A stretch of DNA of 64,000 bases from positions 160,001-224,000 of the forward strand of contig JBHLMN010000008.1 of assembly GCA_048938105.1 (NCBI GenBank), in the 5' to 3' direction. The first letter of the stretch is position 1; each line of letters begins with the position of its first letter. This document shows, piece after piece, positions 19,901 to 29,136 of this stretch. A program made the translations under genes and the position numbers. Origin of the DNA: Promethearchaeota archaeon. Lineage in GTDB: Archaea; Asgardarchaeota; Heimdallarchaeia; Hodarchaeales; Hodarchaeaceae. A model generated the notes under the pieces. It was not told the origin of the DNA, did not search any database, and was given only the letters and a program-made list of their open reading frames with translations.

Positions 19901-21116
19901 TATAAGTTTCTCCTGGATTAATAGTTATATCTTGTTTAGTATAGATAACACCATCAGACTCGTTAAGTAATTCAATCTTATCTACCGTTGTGGCTATTGT
20001 AGCAAAATTCGTGATAGTATAGCTCGCATTTATTGGATCATTAGAACCATAAGCAAATTTATCAATATCTAAAGTGACCCCTACTCCAACACTATCCATA
20101 AAATCATTAAAACCCGCATTTTCAATGAGAGTATTATTCATTTTTCCTGCATAGAATGTTAATGGATAAGAAATAGATCCATTTGAGGGGATATTTTCTA
20201 TTTGGAATTCCATTCGGAGCTCATTGCCAAAATCTTCTGGCCATTCGTCCCAAGATACTGTACTGTTGTGATTTTTAAATCCAGAAGCCAAACCAACTAC
20301 AGGGTCATAAGTCAATAACCATTCTACATCACCAAAATGACGATTATCTTGGTACAAGAGTGTATACCAGGCAAAAGGATCATTACCTCTTTTTTTGTAA
20401 GCATAAAAGTCATCATTCGAATCTGGTCCAATCCACCCACACCAATTAGTTGTAAATCCTATTGTGTTACCTCCGGCATCATATCCATCAAGGTTGATTG
20501 AATGGTTTGTTGGATTGATAATAAGGATTTTAACATCAAAATAAGCCTCATCAGCATAAAAAGTATAGATTTGGGTAATATTTAATCCTTCATAATAGTA
20601 ATCAGGGATCCCACTCGCTGGATCATAATTTATTCCTTCCATAATATAGCTATAAGCGAATTCAACGTTTCCTGTATAAGTACCTATTGGATGAGTTCCA
20701 AGAATGGGTATAAAAGGCGCCTTAGCTAGCTCACCTGGCCAGGGTTGTTTCGTCAACCAGTTCCAAAGAGGATACCGATAGTAATTCAATGAGAATCCTG
20801 CATCAAAAACACTATGTCCATCTGCAGTAATTGCGTTAACAACACGGAGACCCTCAGTTGTTAAAGCAAAGGTCACTTCCCCTGTATCAATGACCAATTC
20901 ATCTCCAGCGACCTTGTCGACTACATTCGACATAGTAATGTTAATTGTATTTGTCTGAGAGATAGATGTAATTTTCTGTGTCCCGTCTAGTTTAATAGCT
21001 GATTGAGTTTCATTTGTTTCTTCTATAGTATTGTTCAATGTAAAATGTGATAAATTGAATAAGATTAAGATTAATAAAACAAATCCGGTAGATCTAATAC
21101 ATTTCATAATAATCAC
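16968..21116 (-). CDS. Secreted, C-terminally anchored GH57 glycoside hydrolase (paralog of 12770-16798)
   Basis: HLHNP, WLPEM, ALDGENW and AESSDWAFY; same architecture as its neighbour; ends TTTSSEGRAPGF-TM-RKR (PGF-type sorting signal). Confidence 0.85.
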   Translation of the reverse strand: MIIMKCIRSTGFVLLILILFNLSHFTLNNTIEETNETQSAIKLDGTQKITSISQTNTINITMSNVVDKVAGDELVIDTGEVTFALTTEGLRVVNAITADGHSVFDAGFSLNYYRYPLWNWLTKQPWPGELAKAPFIPILGTHPIGTYTGNVEFAYSYIMEGINYDPASGIPDYYYEGLNITQIYTFYADEAYFDVKILIINPTNHSINLDGYDAGGNTIGFTTNWCGWIGPDSNDDFYAYKKRGNDPFAWYTLLYQDNRHFGDVEWLLTYDPVVGLASGFKNHNSTVSWDEWPEDFGNELRMEFQIENIPSNGSISYPLTFYAGKMNNTLIENAGFNDFMDSVGVGVTLDIDKFAYGSNDPINASYTITNFATIATTVDKIELLNESDGVIYTKQDITINPGETYNEWHTFSSSVLKVEGRSELKLKATMGIAEIPRSVTLNIVDFKGGTLYPVFLWHLHNPANYDWRGTFTSPWPLLHTQGAYRRHWEALEAHPGAHVSINIVPILLYQWYIAQNGWNDSGTWTDRATDDLKLAIQKYSELSQPDGPLEVTTTPYSHPILPLLIEAGFSEDAYRQMEMGKNFTESILSTTVRGTWLPEMSFSMDCIPILNDTGIAYTVVNKEIMLRASGMNDPLLPYRVRHETGKEIILLAEDPIGDRIAFGYNKGDMKENARRLLGDMIDIYLGKRLDFGKENKILPIALDGENWMIMGGSPNAHELLFNFYSALEEQQPRGWIKSLKLSELEKFIKNGTIEAPILSNVPSGSWADKEGFSFSNWRGEIVENDMWKYMSEARDFFYKERESLSVEEELKLWRWLMNAESSDWAFYAGRDEEATWAGGFGADLGQFIKVRHWADHITGYFEKAFVSLDWTLLWPFLSDPVFGFEKLPQLYYTTESGLKKPVFNFQTMDTVYPGYAATLELPREYGIEAGSSLAIPLAIQSRGGEAVQNVRVVISTDPGLTLLNSSTINIGTLDKITFQEDLAYGIIDMYIANWIFDVSSDVGSYQFTVTISADNIDDVVHTFTIHAAEPELSVISINDLGIKNASPGKSGILGINVKNIGIVKAVNVTVFLDLPQGLQGDNNKTINEIDIGQLTTFEWVIEVNAYTFGELKVTIEIENAEDVVISIHQIRTAIPSSDILIFNKLVGTLDITEPKIIRINLSNTLSYPVTILILINGSAIVPVNKTVQFQALETSTINFEVQGLIGGEKIVKIICYFHDSVIKEFTSDIFINDEVPPSIKDARWSPEEPEATDRITFTVTVIDPSGIQIVVLKYKTDLTKDWTSKSMIKTGENDWSAIIGPFQDAETLYLKIEATDSLGNVQTKELQIEFKIEIETSTTTTSSMTTTSSEGRAPGFLALEVTLSLFLLLLLVKIIRKRSKFI

Positions 21117-21190
21117 ATGGATTGCGGCCTTTTTTGTGAATCCTTCTAGGAAATCTAAGTATTTTGTTAAACAAAATAAATCTTTAAAAA

Positions 21191-23338
21191 TCAGCTTTTA
21201 CAGCTTTTCTTCCTGTTCTTTTTCATTTTTACTAATATATAAAATATGGTAACAGGAAAAAGGATCTGAATTGTCCAACTAGGGGTTGTAGTGGAGGTAT
21301 GGCTGATAGCTGACCTTGATGATGTCATTGGGAGAGAAACTCCACCTGTGATAGTAAAAAAGCCATCAGATATATCTTCTGTTATCAATCCTTCAGAACA
21401 TGTCGCATTAACCTTGATTAGACAGTTTTCACTATTAATCGCAGTAGAAACATCCCACAAGAATAGGGTTCCTGTAAGATTATCTGCTAAAAGGATCCAT
21501 GAATTCCCCCTGTTATATGAATAGTATAAGGAATAGAATACTGAATGATTCAACGTGTCTATTGATTGAGACCAAGTAATTCGAGTAGGAGATCGAAGAG
21601 TTTCTCCTCCGTTGGGAAATCGAACAGTTAGAGGGGAAAGGAGATGATTTCGGATAGTAAATGGAGTATCAGATGTATCTTCTGCAGTTAACCCCTCGAT
21701 ACAGGTTACATTTACTTTAATTAGGTACATTGCTCCATTACTAACTGAGGTTGTATCCCATAAGGTTGTAGATACGGTGAGGTTGATTGCAATAGGTAAC
21801 CAAAATTCCCCAATATTAGGGGAGTAATAAACTGAATAATAAAGTGTGTGATTTAAAGAATCCTTAGAAGCAGTCCAAGTGATTGTAATTGATTCGTTAA
21901 GAAGGTCTCCCCCATTAGGGAACAGAATTATTGGAGAAGTTAGTAAGTGGTTATAAATTGTGAAACTTCCGTTGGTGGTATCTTCAGCAACTTGACCATC
22001 AGAACTATGCACCACCACTTTAATTATATACCCTGATTTACTTGGTATAATCTTTGTATCCCAGAGATATCCTGTATTTGTAAGATTTATTTCGATTTGC
22101 TTCCAATGAATTCCCCCATCTGACGAATAATAAAGAGAATAAGTGAAATTATGTTCATATGAATCAGATCTGACTGTCCAAATAATGATAGATTGACCTG
22201 AGAGGATTTCACCTCCATTTGGAATTAAAATATTGCCTTTAAATCCTCCAGCTGACTTATATGGCTCTGCTATTCTTCTGAGTTTAGTTATTACCCCATG
22301 GTGATCAGAAACCTCTCCAATAACCTCTGGGCTGAAAATGATTTGAGAGGCGTTAACAATATATGAGTCATTTTTTTTCATGAAAACATAATCAATTCTG
22401 CCAGGAAATGATCCTTTTACAGTATCATATTTTGACTCTTCCTCTGAGGGCTTTTTCTGATTGGCTTCAGGATAGATTTCATAAAATGTGTCGATATAAG
22501 TATTATTCTCCATCATGGTTTTGTAGCCATCACTCCACGGATCATCACTTGTTGGATTAACATTAAAATCACCACATACAATTGAAAGTACAGGTTCACT
22601 AGTTTCTACTTCTTTTTCTGCAACAAACGCCTTGAGACTTCTTATTTGAGTGTTTTGTTCCTCATCAGTTTCAGTGGTACGCCAAGATAGATGGGTAGAA
22701 AAGATGTTTACTTTCCCGATCAAAGGAACGTCAACATTAGCGTGAATGGCCATTCGTGAGGCTAATGGATTACCTTTATCGGTAGAAGTAGATACATAAC
22801 GACTTTCCCAGTCCAAAATCGGATACTTGCTTAAAACCGCTACTCCTTCTTCGTAGACACCAAACCCAATATGAGCCCAATCCCAAACAAAATAATAATC
22901 CTTTTGATAGTTTTCCTTCAATCGTTGACAAATAATGTAAGCCATATTATCAATACGGAGAGTGCTGTTTTCAGTTAATTTTGGTTTATTCCAGCGTTGA
23001 GCACATTCTTGTAAGGCAATAAAATCCATGTTTAATTCAGCAATGGTATCCACAATCATATCAAATTTTATTTCTTGATTTTCTTCCTGATAGGTATGCA
23101 TATTCAAAGTCATGACGAGAAGTTCGTTATTTCTGCATTTGTATATGGTAGAATTAAGACCAGAAATAGGTTCATTTTTAACAATCCTTCTTACCATATT
23201 ATTTCCATCCGATGTCAAGTTTGAAAATGGCAAGTATTCGTTATCAGATAGACTAAAAAATAATAAATCTTGAAAACCTAGTAATATTAGATTAAATGCT
23301 AATAATCCCAAAATTAATTGATAGAGTATGTTTTTCAT
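21191..23338 (-). CDS. Secreted/anchored EEP-family phosphatase resembling maltose-6'-phosphate phosphatase (MapP), with three Ig-like PNGG repeats
   Basis: TLNMHTYQEE, IALQE, WAHIGFGVYEEGVAVLS, GDFN, RIDYVF and SDHHGV motifs; signal-like N-terminus; ends TTTPSWT-TM-KKNRKK. Confidence 0.75.
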   Translation of the reverse strand: MKNILYQLILGLLAFNLILLGFQDLLFFSLSDNEYLPFSNLTSDGNNMVRRIVKNEPISGLNSTIYKCRNNELLVMTLNMHTYQEENQEIKFDMIVDTIAELNMDFIALQECAQRWNKPKLTENSTLRIDNMAYIICQRLKENYQKDYYFVWDWAHIGFGVYEEGVAVLSKYPILDWESRYVSTSTDKGNPLASRMAIHANVDVPLIGKVNIFSTHLSWRTTETDEEQNTQIRSLKAFVAEKEVETSEPVLSIVCGDFNVNPTSDDPWSDGYKTMMENNTYIDTFYEIYPEANQKKPSEEESKYDTVKGSFPGRIDYVFMKKNDSYIVNASQIIFSPEVIGEVSDHHGVITKLRRIAEPYKSAGGFKGNILIPNGGEILSGQSIIIWTVRSDSYEHNFTYSLYYSSDGGIHWKQIEINLTNTGYLWDTKIIPSKSGYIIKVVVHSSDGQVAEDTTNGSFTIYNHLLTSPIILFPNGGDLLNESITITWTASKDSLNHTLYYSVYYSPNIGEFWLPIAINLTVSTTLWDTTSVSNGAMYLIKVNVTCIEGLTAEDTSDTPFTIRNHLLSPLTVRFPNGGETLRSPTRITWSQSIDTLNHSVFYSLYYSYNRGNSWILLADNLTGTLFLWDVSTAINSENCLIKVNATCSEGLITEDISDGFFTITGGVSLPMTSSRSAISHTSTTTPSWTIQILFPVTIFYILVKMKKNRKKSCKS
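21350..22230 (-). repeat. Three tandem ~100-aa coding repeats (PNGG[E/D]...ITW...YS.YYS...G..W...NLT...LWD...IKV...ED.....FTI)
   Basis: Visible in the translation of 21191-23338; boundaries approximate. Confidence 0.75.
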
Positions 23339-23461
23339 ATTTTTATCCTACCTAGGATAGGTGAAAAGTGATATTCATTAATACTAATAAGGGTCTCCCT
23401 GAGATTCTCACAAGAAATCAAATAATATCAGAAAATTCTGTATCTTTTGAGGAATAATACC

Positions 23462-24103
23462 ATGGCCAATCACCTCCCTCCAAAATTGACTCCTAAAATT
23501 ATTTTGGAAGGAACCCGTTTAACTCAAAAAACTAGAATCGCTTTTAAACTAAATGAACATCCAAAGATTGTTGGGCCAAGAAAATATCGTTATCATTCTC
23601 CTGTTATTTCAGCAGAATGGTGTGGTTTTACTAACTTTCCCTGGGGAAGAGGCCTCATTAATTTTGAACCTTTCGAAGAAAAGAAGGCACTAGAAACTTA
23701 TCGTACTTGGATTAAACTCCTTGAATTACTCAAATATTATTCATGGATTGTTGATCGGTTCCATGTGAGTACTATCGTATACCAAGCTCGTCTGGGTCGT
23801 CATTATAACTTTAATTGGCTTGAGAAAAGACTAAAATCACTCGGTTTCTGTATAATATTATGCACAAGATCCCCTGAGAGCTTCAAAAGAGCCAGAGACG
23901 AAAGAATTAAGATTTCTGGTAATCCTAAACAATATGATGATCTTACAGTTTTCATTAATGAACAGGATGAGTTTAGAAGTGCCATTTCTGAATCGATTCT
24001 ACCACATCATGAAATTGATGTTTCTGATGATGATCTTGATAGAGTTTGTGATGAAATAGCTGACTGGTTAGCGAAAAATTACCTTTTAGGTCTCTATGAA
24101 TGA
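23462..24103 (+). CDS. Nucleoside-monophosphate-kinase-like P-loop protein with a non-canonical Walker A
   Basis: 'IILEGTRLTQKT' and 'WIVDRFHVST' mirror the thymidylate-kinase EGxxxxGKT and DR motifs. The ATG at 23462 is preferred over the TTG at 23447. Confidence 0.55.
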   Translation: MANHLPPKLTPKIILEGTRLTQKTRIAFKLNEHPKIVGPRKYRYHSPVISAEWCGFTNFPWGRGLINFEPFEEKKALETYRTWIKLLELLKYYSWIVDRFHVSTIVYQARLGRHYNFNWLEKRLKSLGFCIILCTRSPESFKRARDERIKISGNPKQYDDLTVFINEQDEFRSAISESILPHHEIDVSDDDLDRVCDEIADWLAKNYLLGLYE

Positions 24104-24175
24104 GTTTGTTTTATCTATGAATTATATCTTCCAATATATCAGTTTAAGTAAAAGCCTGGATCCAGTATCTTCATG

Positions 24176-26224
24176 TTAAGGTGGTAATTTTAACATGTTT
24201 GGCAACATTTCTAACCACCATTGAAAATATATTCTTAATAATTCTGCAAGACTCCATGCTTGACTTATGGTTCCTCTCGAATGGCCTAATGAATCGTTAT
24301 CTGACCCGTCTAAAATCTCACCAAGAGTTCCCAATGCGCCCCGCGTTAAGACTCTTTTAATAAGAACTTCTGTTAAACTTCGTGCTTCCTCAAGTTTCCC
24401 AAAACGGATAGCAGCTTCAATAACTGGTCCTGATAACCATAACCATACATCACCATTGTGATAACTGAAATCATGGTGTTCTTCTCCTTTTCTCGAACCA
24501 TAGTCGTGAAGTGGATGATAATTTGGATCATCTTTGGATAAAGATCTTATCCCATGATCTGCTAAACAATTGGTAAGCACATCTTCAATAACGCACTCAG
24601 CTTGATGTGTAGTGATAAGAGGATTATCTAGTAACGGAACAGTTATAGCAAAAATAATATTAGGACGTTTTTGAAGATTTGGTATGCCATCTTTATCCAA
24701 GTGATCATACAGGGTCTTATTTGAAGAATCCCAGAATTTATCATTGAATACTTTTTTCAACTTGTCCATTATTTTCTTCAATTCTTTAGCAAGAGCAATT
24801 TCCCCCATAAATCTAGCGATTCTTTGTGCAATATCCAATTCAGTAAAAAATAGAGCTTGAATTTCTACAGCACGATTACCCCTGGGAGTAGCAATAACTC
24901 CATTCGTTTGGGCATCCATCCATGTTTCACGATCTCCATGTGTGAGAAATCCTAATTCGTCTGTTCTGGACAGTTCTCCCTTTATAGCAATTTTTATAGC
25001 AGGCCAAATTTCAGATAAAAATTTCTTTTCAAGACTTGTATATTCAAATAAATCCCAGATCGAGCGAATGAACCATCCTGTTGCATCTGCTGTTTCATAA
25101 TTTGGATTCGGAACATTAACTTGTAGGATATTTGGAACTCTCCCATAGGTTGGACTACTTGAATCTGTATCTTGACTATTAATCATTGTACGAATCCATT
25201 CTTCTGCCATCTTGAATTGTCCTGTAACAAGTAACGCCCCTCGAAAGGAAATGAAACTATCCCGACCCCAATATTCAGGAAACCAGTGTAATCCAGCATA
25301 AATTCCTTTCCCCCTTATATTCATTGTAAGGCTATCTAAGCTTAACACTACCCAATTAAGAGCCTGATCCCAATCATTGTTATCAGATGCAATATATGTA
25401 TTATTCAATATGTCAATAAGTGGATCAGATGTCTTCTGCCAAAAATTCTGATAGTTATTCATCCCTTCAACTAAAAGCTTTGTAACCTCATCTATAGTGT
25501 TCTCTATCACAATTATAATAAAGACTGGTTCGTTAGGATCAATTTCAAAGACTAAGTTTCCAGGTTCATAAACTCCTCTTTCCGGGCTGTCGTCTCCTCT
25601 AAACTTATCTTTTCGATATATTCTTTTAATTATTTTCTCACGTTCAATGAATTTTACTAATTTTGAAACTTTTATTCCAATGAATTTTGGTCCAGAGTAA
25701 TCTGTGCTTGATGTGGAAATTAGAAGAAGATTAGTAGATGGATCGAATTTTAAGCTATAATTGCTTCCAATAGCAGCCCAATCATGCCTCATACCAAATT
25801 GAGGCCTAAACCCAACTTCACCAGTGAATTTTGATTGATATTGAATGATCAAAATATTCTCATTTCGGACAAGAAAGAATAGTTCAGTAAAATCACCAAT
25901 TTTTGTCGAGTGTTCGATTTTCACACAATGGGGGTATACTGTTGTAGAAATTACATGTTTAGGATTAGTCTTTTCAAAATACGTATCTAACCAGAAGTTT
26001 GTGAGTGTTGTCCATCGGTCTTTAACTAATCCCTGCCACTTCCTAGTTTCTTCTTTATTCGTTTCACCAGACCAATGACATCGTTGTCTGTTTGTCATCA
26101 CATACTCATATTGCTTGGGAGAAGAAACAGTCAATCCTAGCTTTTTTAGTTGAGGAATTACTTTTAATGGACTCATTGATCCGTTGTGAATATTTCCTAG
26201 ATGTGAATCCTTTTTGTTTGTCAT
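24176..26224 (-). CDS. Amylo-alpha-1,6-glucosidase (glycogen debranching enzyme, GDE_C-type)
   Basis: GIYAGLHWFPEYWGRDSFIS, ADAT.WF, TWMDA, PRGNRAVEIQAL, YHNGDVWLW and QAWSLAE motifs. Confidence 0.88.
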   Translation of the reverse strand: MTNKKDSHLGNIHNGSMSPLKVIPQLKKLGLTVSSPKQYEYVMTNRQRCHWSGETNKEETRKWQGLVKDRWTTLTNFWLDTYFEKTNPKHVISTTVYPHCVKIEHSTKIGDFTELFFLVRNENILIIQYQSKFTGEVGFRPQFGMRHDWAAIGSNYSLKFDPSTNLLLISTSSTDYSGPKFIGIKVSKLVKFIEREKIIKRIYRKDKFRGDDSPERGVYEPGNLVFEIDPNEPVFIIIVIENTIDEVTKLLVEGMNNYQNFWQKTSDPLIDILNNTYIASDNNDWDQALNWVVLSLDSLTMNIRGKGIYAGLHWFPEYWGRDSFISFRGALLVTGQFKMAEEWIRTMINSQDTDSSSPTYGRVPNILQVNVPNPNYETADATGWFIRSIWDLFEYTSLEKKFLSEIWPAIKIAIKGELSRTDELGFLTHGDRETWMDAQTNGVIATPRGNRAVEIQALFFTELDIAQRIARFMGEIALAKELKKIMDKLKKVFNDKFWDSSNKTLYDHLDKDGIPNLQKRPNIIFAITVPLLDNPLITTHQAECVIEDVLTNCLADHGIRSLSKDDPNYHPLHDYGSRKGEEHHDFSYHNGDVWLWLSGPVIEAAIRFGKLEEARSLTEVLIKRVLTRGALGTLGEILDGSDNDSLGHSRGTISQAWSLAELLRIYFQWWLEMLPNMLKLPP

Positions 26225-26351
26225 ATGAACACTATCTTGAAAATTTACAAATAGAAAATAATATTGTTGTTTTAGAAGAAATAACTATCAGTAATAATTA
26301 ATTAAATCGAATTAAGTTAAATTATGAACTAGATATGTTAGGTTATTATTT

Positions 26352-27488
26352 ATGAACAGTATTAATCCTAAAGCAGGAAAAAAAGTACATTCTTTTCAAA
26401 ATTTTCTCTCACAGCTAAACAGAATTGATGATACGGAAAAAGAAGGATACATTCAAGCTTATTTGAAGGATCAACTCCTCCAAGATAACATTCCTATCAT
26501 TGATGAGAGAAGTTGTACATTCATCTATTATGGTTCCAATAATAAGGTAGCAATAGAAGGAGACTTTACAGGTTGGGACTCAGAAGAAATGACTAAGGTA
26601 CAAAACACAGACCTGTGGTTTTTTACGAAAACTTTTCCAAATGATGCGAGACTTGATTATCTCATTACTATTGATGGGATTTCAACACTTGATTTTGGGA
26701 ATAGACGTTTAGTTCCAAGCGGTTTTGGTTATAGAAGTTATATTGAAATGCCACAATATAAACCTAGTAAATCAATTGAATTTAATGACCATATTCCTCA
26801 TGGAACTGTTGAAACAATTGAAAATTTTAGTAGCGCTATTTTTAATAATACAAGAGAAATCAAGATTTATCTTCCTCCAAATTACAATCCGTCTATAGCT
26901 TATCCTTGCCTTTTTATCACAGATGGATTAGAATATCTCCAATTTGCACAGTTTAATAATGTGTTAGATAACCTTCTTTATAACAAAAAAATACGAGAAC
27001 TACTTGCAATTTTCATTCCTCCTATTAATCGTAATATGGAATATTTCATTGAGAAAGAAAAATTCTGTAATTTTTTATTAAAGGAGGTAAAACCGTTTAT
27101 TGATAAGAAATATGCAATAATAAACAATCCTTCGGAATGTGGCTTAATGGGAGCTTCACTTGGAGGTTTAATTTCTGTTTTCACTAGTATAAATAACGAA
27201 GATACTCTAGGGTTAATTGCTTCGCAATCTGGTTATTTTCCAGAAGATTTTATGGGAATTTTCAGTAAAAAAGTTCCTAATGTAAAATTTTACTTTGATG
27301 TGGGTGTTTTTGAAACCTCTATTGGCTCCAATTCTAATTTTTTACAAATGAATCGTGAAATGAAAAAAATAGTTGATGCAAAAGGATTTAATTATTACTA
27401 TCAGGAAGTGAATGAAGGACATTCTTGGGGGAGTTGGCGAGCCCGATTAAAGGATATATTAATGTACCTCTTTCCAATGGAAGAATAA
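26352..27488 (+). CDS. Cytoplasmic alpha/beta-hydrolase esterase (Fes-like) with an N-terminal E-set/CBM48-like domain
   Basis: 'IEGDFTGW...ARLDY' E-set motif; IYLPPNY; nucleophile GASLGG; EGHSWGSW. Confidence 0.8.
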   Translation: MNSINPKAGKKVHSFQNFLSQLNRIDDTEKEGYIQAYLKDQLLQDNIPIIDERSCTFIYYGSNNKVAIEGDFTGWDSEEMTKVQNTDLWFFTKTFPNDARLDYLITIDGISTLDFGNRRLVPSGFGYRSYIEMPQYKPSKSIEFNDHIPHGTVETIENFSSAIFNNTREIKIYLPPNYNPSIAYPCLFITDGLEYLQFAQFNNVLDNLLYNKKIRELLAIFIPPINRNMEYFIEKEKFCNFLLKEVKPFIDKKYAIINNPSECGLMGASLGGLISVFTSINNEDTLGLIASQSGYFPEDFMGIFSKKVPNVKFYFDVGVFETSIGSNSNFLQMNREMKKIVDAKGFNYYYQEVNEGHSWGSWRARLKDILMYLFPMEE

Positions 27489-27645
27489 AATTAATATAGT
27501 ATTATTTATTGGTTAACATCTCCAAAATAGATGGAAATTTTCAATAATGTACTAGTTTTTATGCTAGAAATAACGCTATCTTCAATTCCAGAATTTAAAT
27601 TTGAATATACTTCACTGCAATAAAATAAAACATAATTTCTAAGAA

Positions 27646-29136
27646 ATGGTCGTGATTAATATTAGGATAGTGACAGGAAAAACGATTATACTGGTTTTAT
27701 TATGCACTATAATTTCTTTTTCCAATTTTGTCAATGTTTCTTTAGAAGAACAATTCACATCTTTTCAAGATTTTTTATTACAGGTCAATTTGGCAAATAA
27801 AACGGAGAAAATTCAATTAATTCAATCCTACCTAAATGATCAGCGTTCAAAAAACAATATCCCTGTGATTGAGGAACGAAATTGCACTTTCCTATTTATC
27901 GGGAACCACACTACCGTTTTAGTTGCAGGAGATTTCAATGGATGGACTGGTGAACCTTTGTTAAGAATCAATGATACAGAATTATGGTACTTAACAAAGT
28001 CTTTTCCTCTTGATGCTAGATTAGATTACAAGTTTGTGATTGATGGAACATGGACATTAGATCCAGAGAATGACCAATTAATAATGGGTGGTTATGGTAA
28101 TAATAATGAAATCGTAATGCCAAATTACCACCCTGATCCTGCAATAAACCATTATGATAATATCACACACGGGACAATTAAACTAATTAGAAACTTCTAT
28201 AGTTCAGCTTTTGAGAATTATAGAAACATTCAGGTTTATTTACCACCAAATTATAATCCAAACAGTTCTAAAACATATCCTTCTTTATATGTTACAGATG
28301 GTTTTGAATACGTTGATCTAGCTAAATTTGCTAATGTGTTTGATTATCTACTCTTTCATGATTTAGTACGGGAAGCAATAATCATTTTCATTCCCCCTTA
28401 TCCAGGTGAAAGAAATAATGAGTATTTTTATGATAAAAATACCTTCCTAGATTTTTTGACTCTTGAAGTTTTACCATATATCGATAAAAACTATCGTACT
28501 AGCCAAAATCGTTCTGAAAGAGGAATGATGGGAGCATCTTTGGGTGGTTACATATCTTTTTTCGTTGGTTTTAATCGAGAGAATCTGTTTGGATTAATTG
28601 CCTCTCAATCTGGTTATTTTCCGTATGATCTAATATTTACGTTAGGGAGCCGAGTTCCTGATACAAAATTCTATTTTGATATCGGTACGTTTGAAAAATC
28701 AATTGCTGGAGGAACGGATCTTTATACTCTCAATAAAGAAATGAATAAAACGATGACAGAAAAAAAATATTCTTTTCTCTATCAAGAAATCAATGAGGGC
28801 CACTCTTGGGGCAACTGGCGAGCGCACTTAGATGATATTCTAATATATCTTTTACCCCATGTAGACACTCCTCAAAATACATCCTTGTCATCAAATACCA
28901 ATGATTTAACCTCAGTTACCAGTAGTATCATCTCAACTCCTTCATCTGGAAGTACTGAGAACAATATAACTTCTCATGAAACATCTAGGATAACTTCTTA
29001 TGACACTTTTAATAAAAAAACTAATACTGTTTCCTCTACTCAACCGACAAACCAATCAACAGTATTTCCATTTTTCCTTGGAATTTTAGCAATCTTCGTC
29101 TTCTATTTATTTAGAAGAAAGAGATTTAATATTTGA
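27646..29136 (+). CDS. Secreted, C-terminally anchored paralog of the E-set/alpha-beta-hydrolase esterase
   Basis: Same motifs (VAGDFNGW, ARLDY, GASLGG, EGHSWGNW) plus an N-terminal hydrophobic signal, a Ser/Thr-rich linker, a TM helix and an RRKR tail. Confidence 0.8.
   Translation: MVVINIRIVTGKTIILVLLCTIISFSNFVNVSLEEQFTSFQDFLLQVNLANKTEKIQLIQSYLNDQRSKNNIPVIEERNCTFLFIGNHTTVLVAGDFNGWTGEPLLRINDTELWYLTKSFPLDARLDYKFVIDGTWTLDPENDQLIMGGYGNNNEIVMPNYHPDPAINHYDNITHGTIKLIRNFYSSAFENYRNIQVYLPPNYNPNSSKTYPSLYVTDGFEYVDLAKFANVFDYLLFHDLVREAIIIFIPPYPGERNNEYFYDKNTFLDFLTLEVLPYIDKNYRTSQNRSERGMMGASLGGYISFFVGFNRENLFGLIASQSGYFPYDLIFTLGSRVPDTKFYFDIGTFEKSIAGGTDLYTLNKEMNKTMTEKKYSFLYQEINEGHSWGNWRAHLDDILIYLLPHVDTPQNTSLSSNTNDLTSVTSSIISTPSSGSTENNITSHETSRITSYDTFNKKTNTVSSTQPTNQSTVFPFFLGILAIFVFYLFRRKRFNI

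Noticed and set aside
23344-23359. Inverted repeat TATCCTA-CC-TAGGATA upstream of the phosphatase gene as a sugar-regulon operator
   Set aside because: Only 7-bp arms, overlapping the probable ribosome-binding site, and I could not find it repeated upstream of the other glucan genes.
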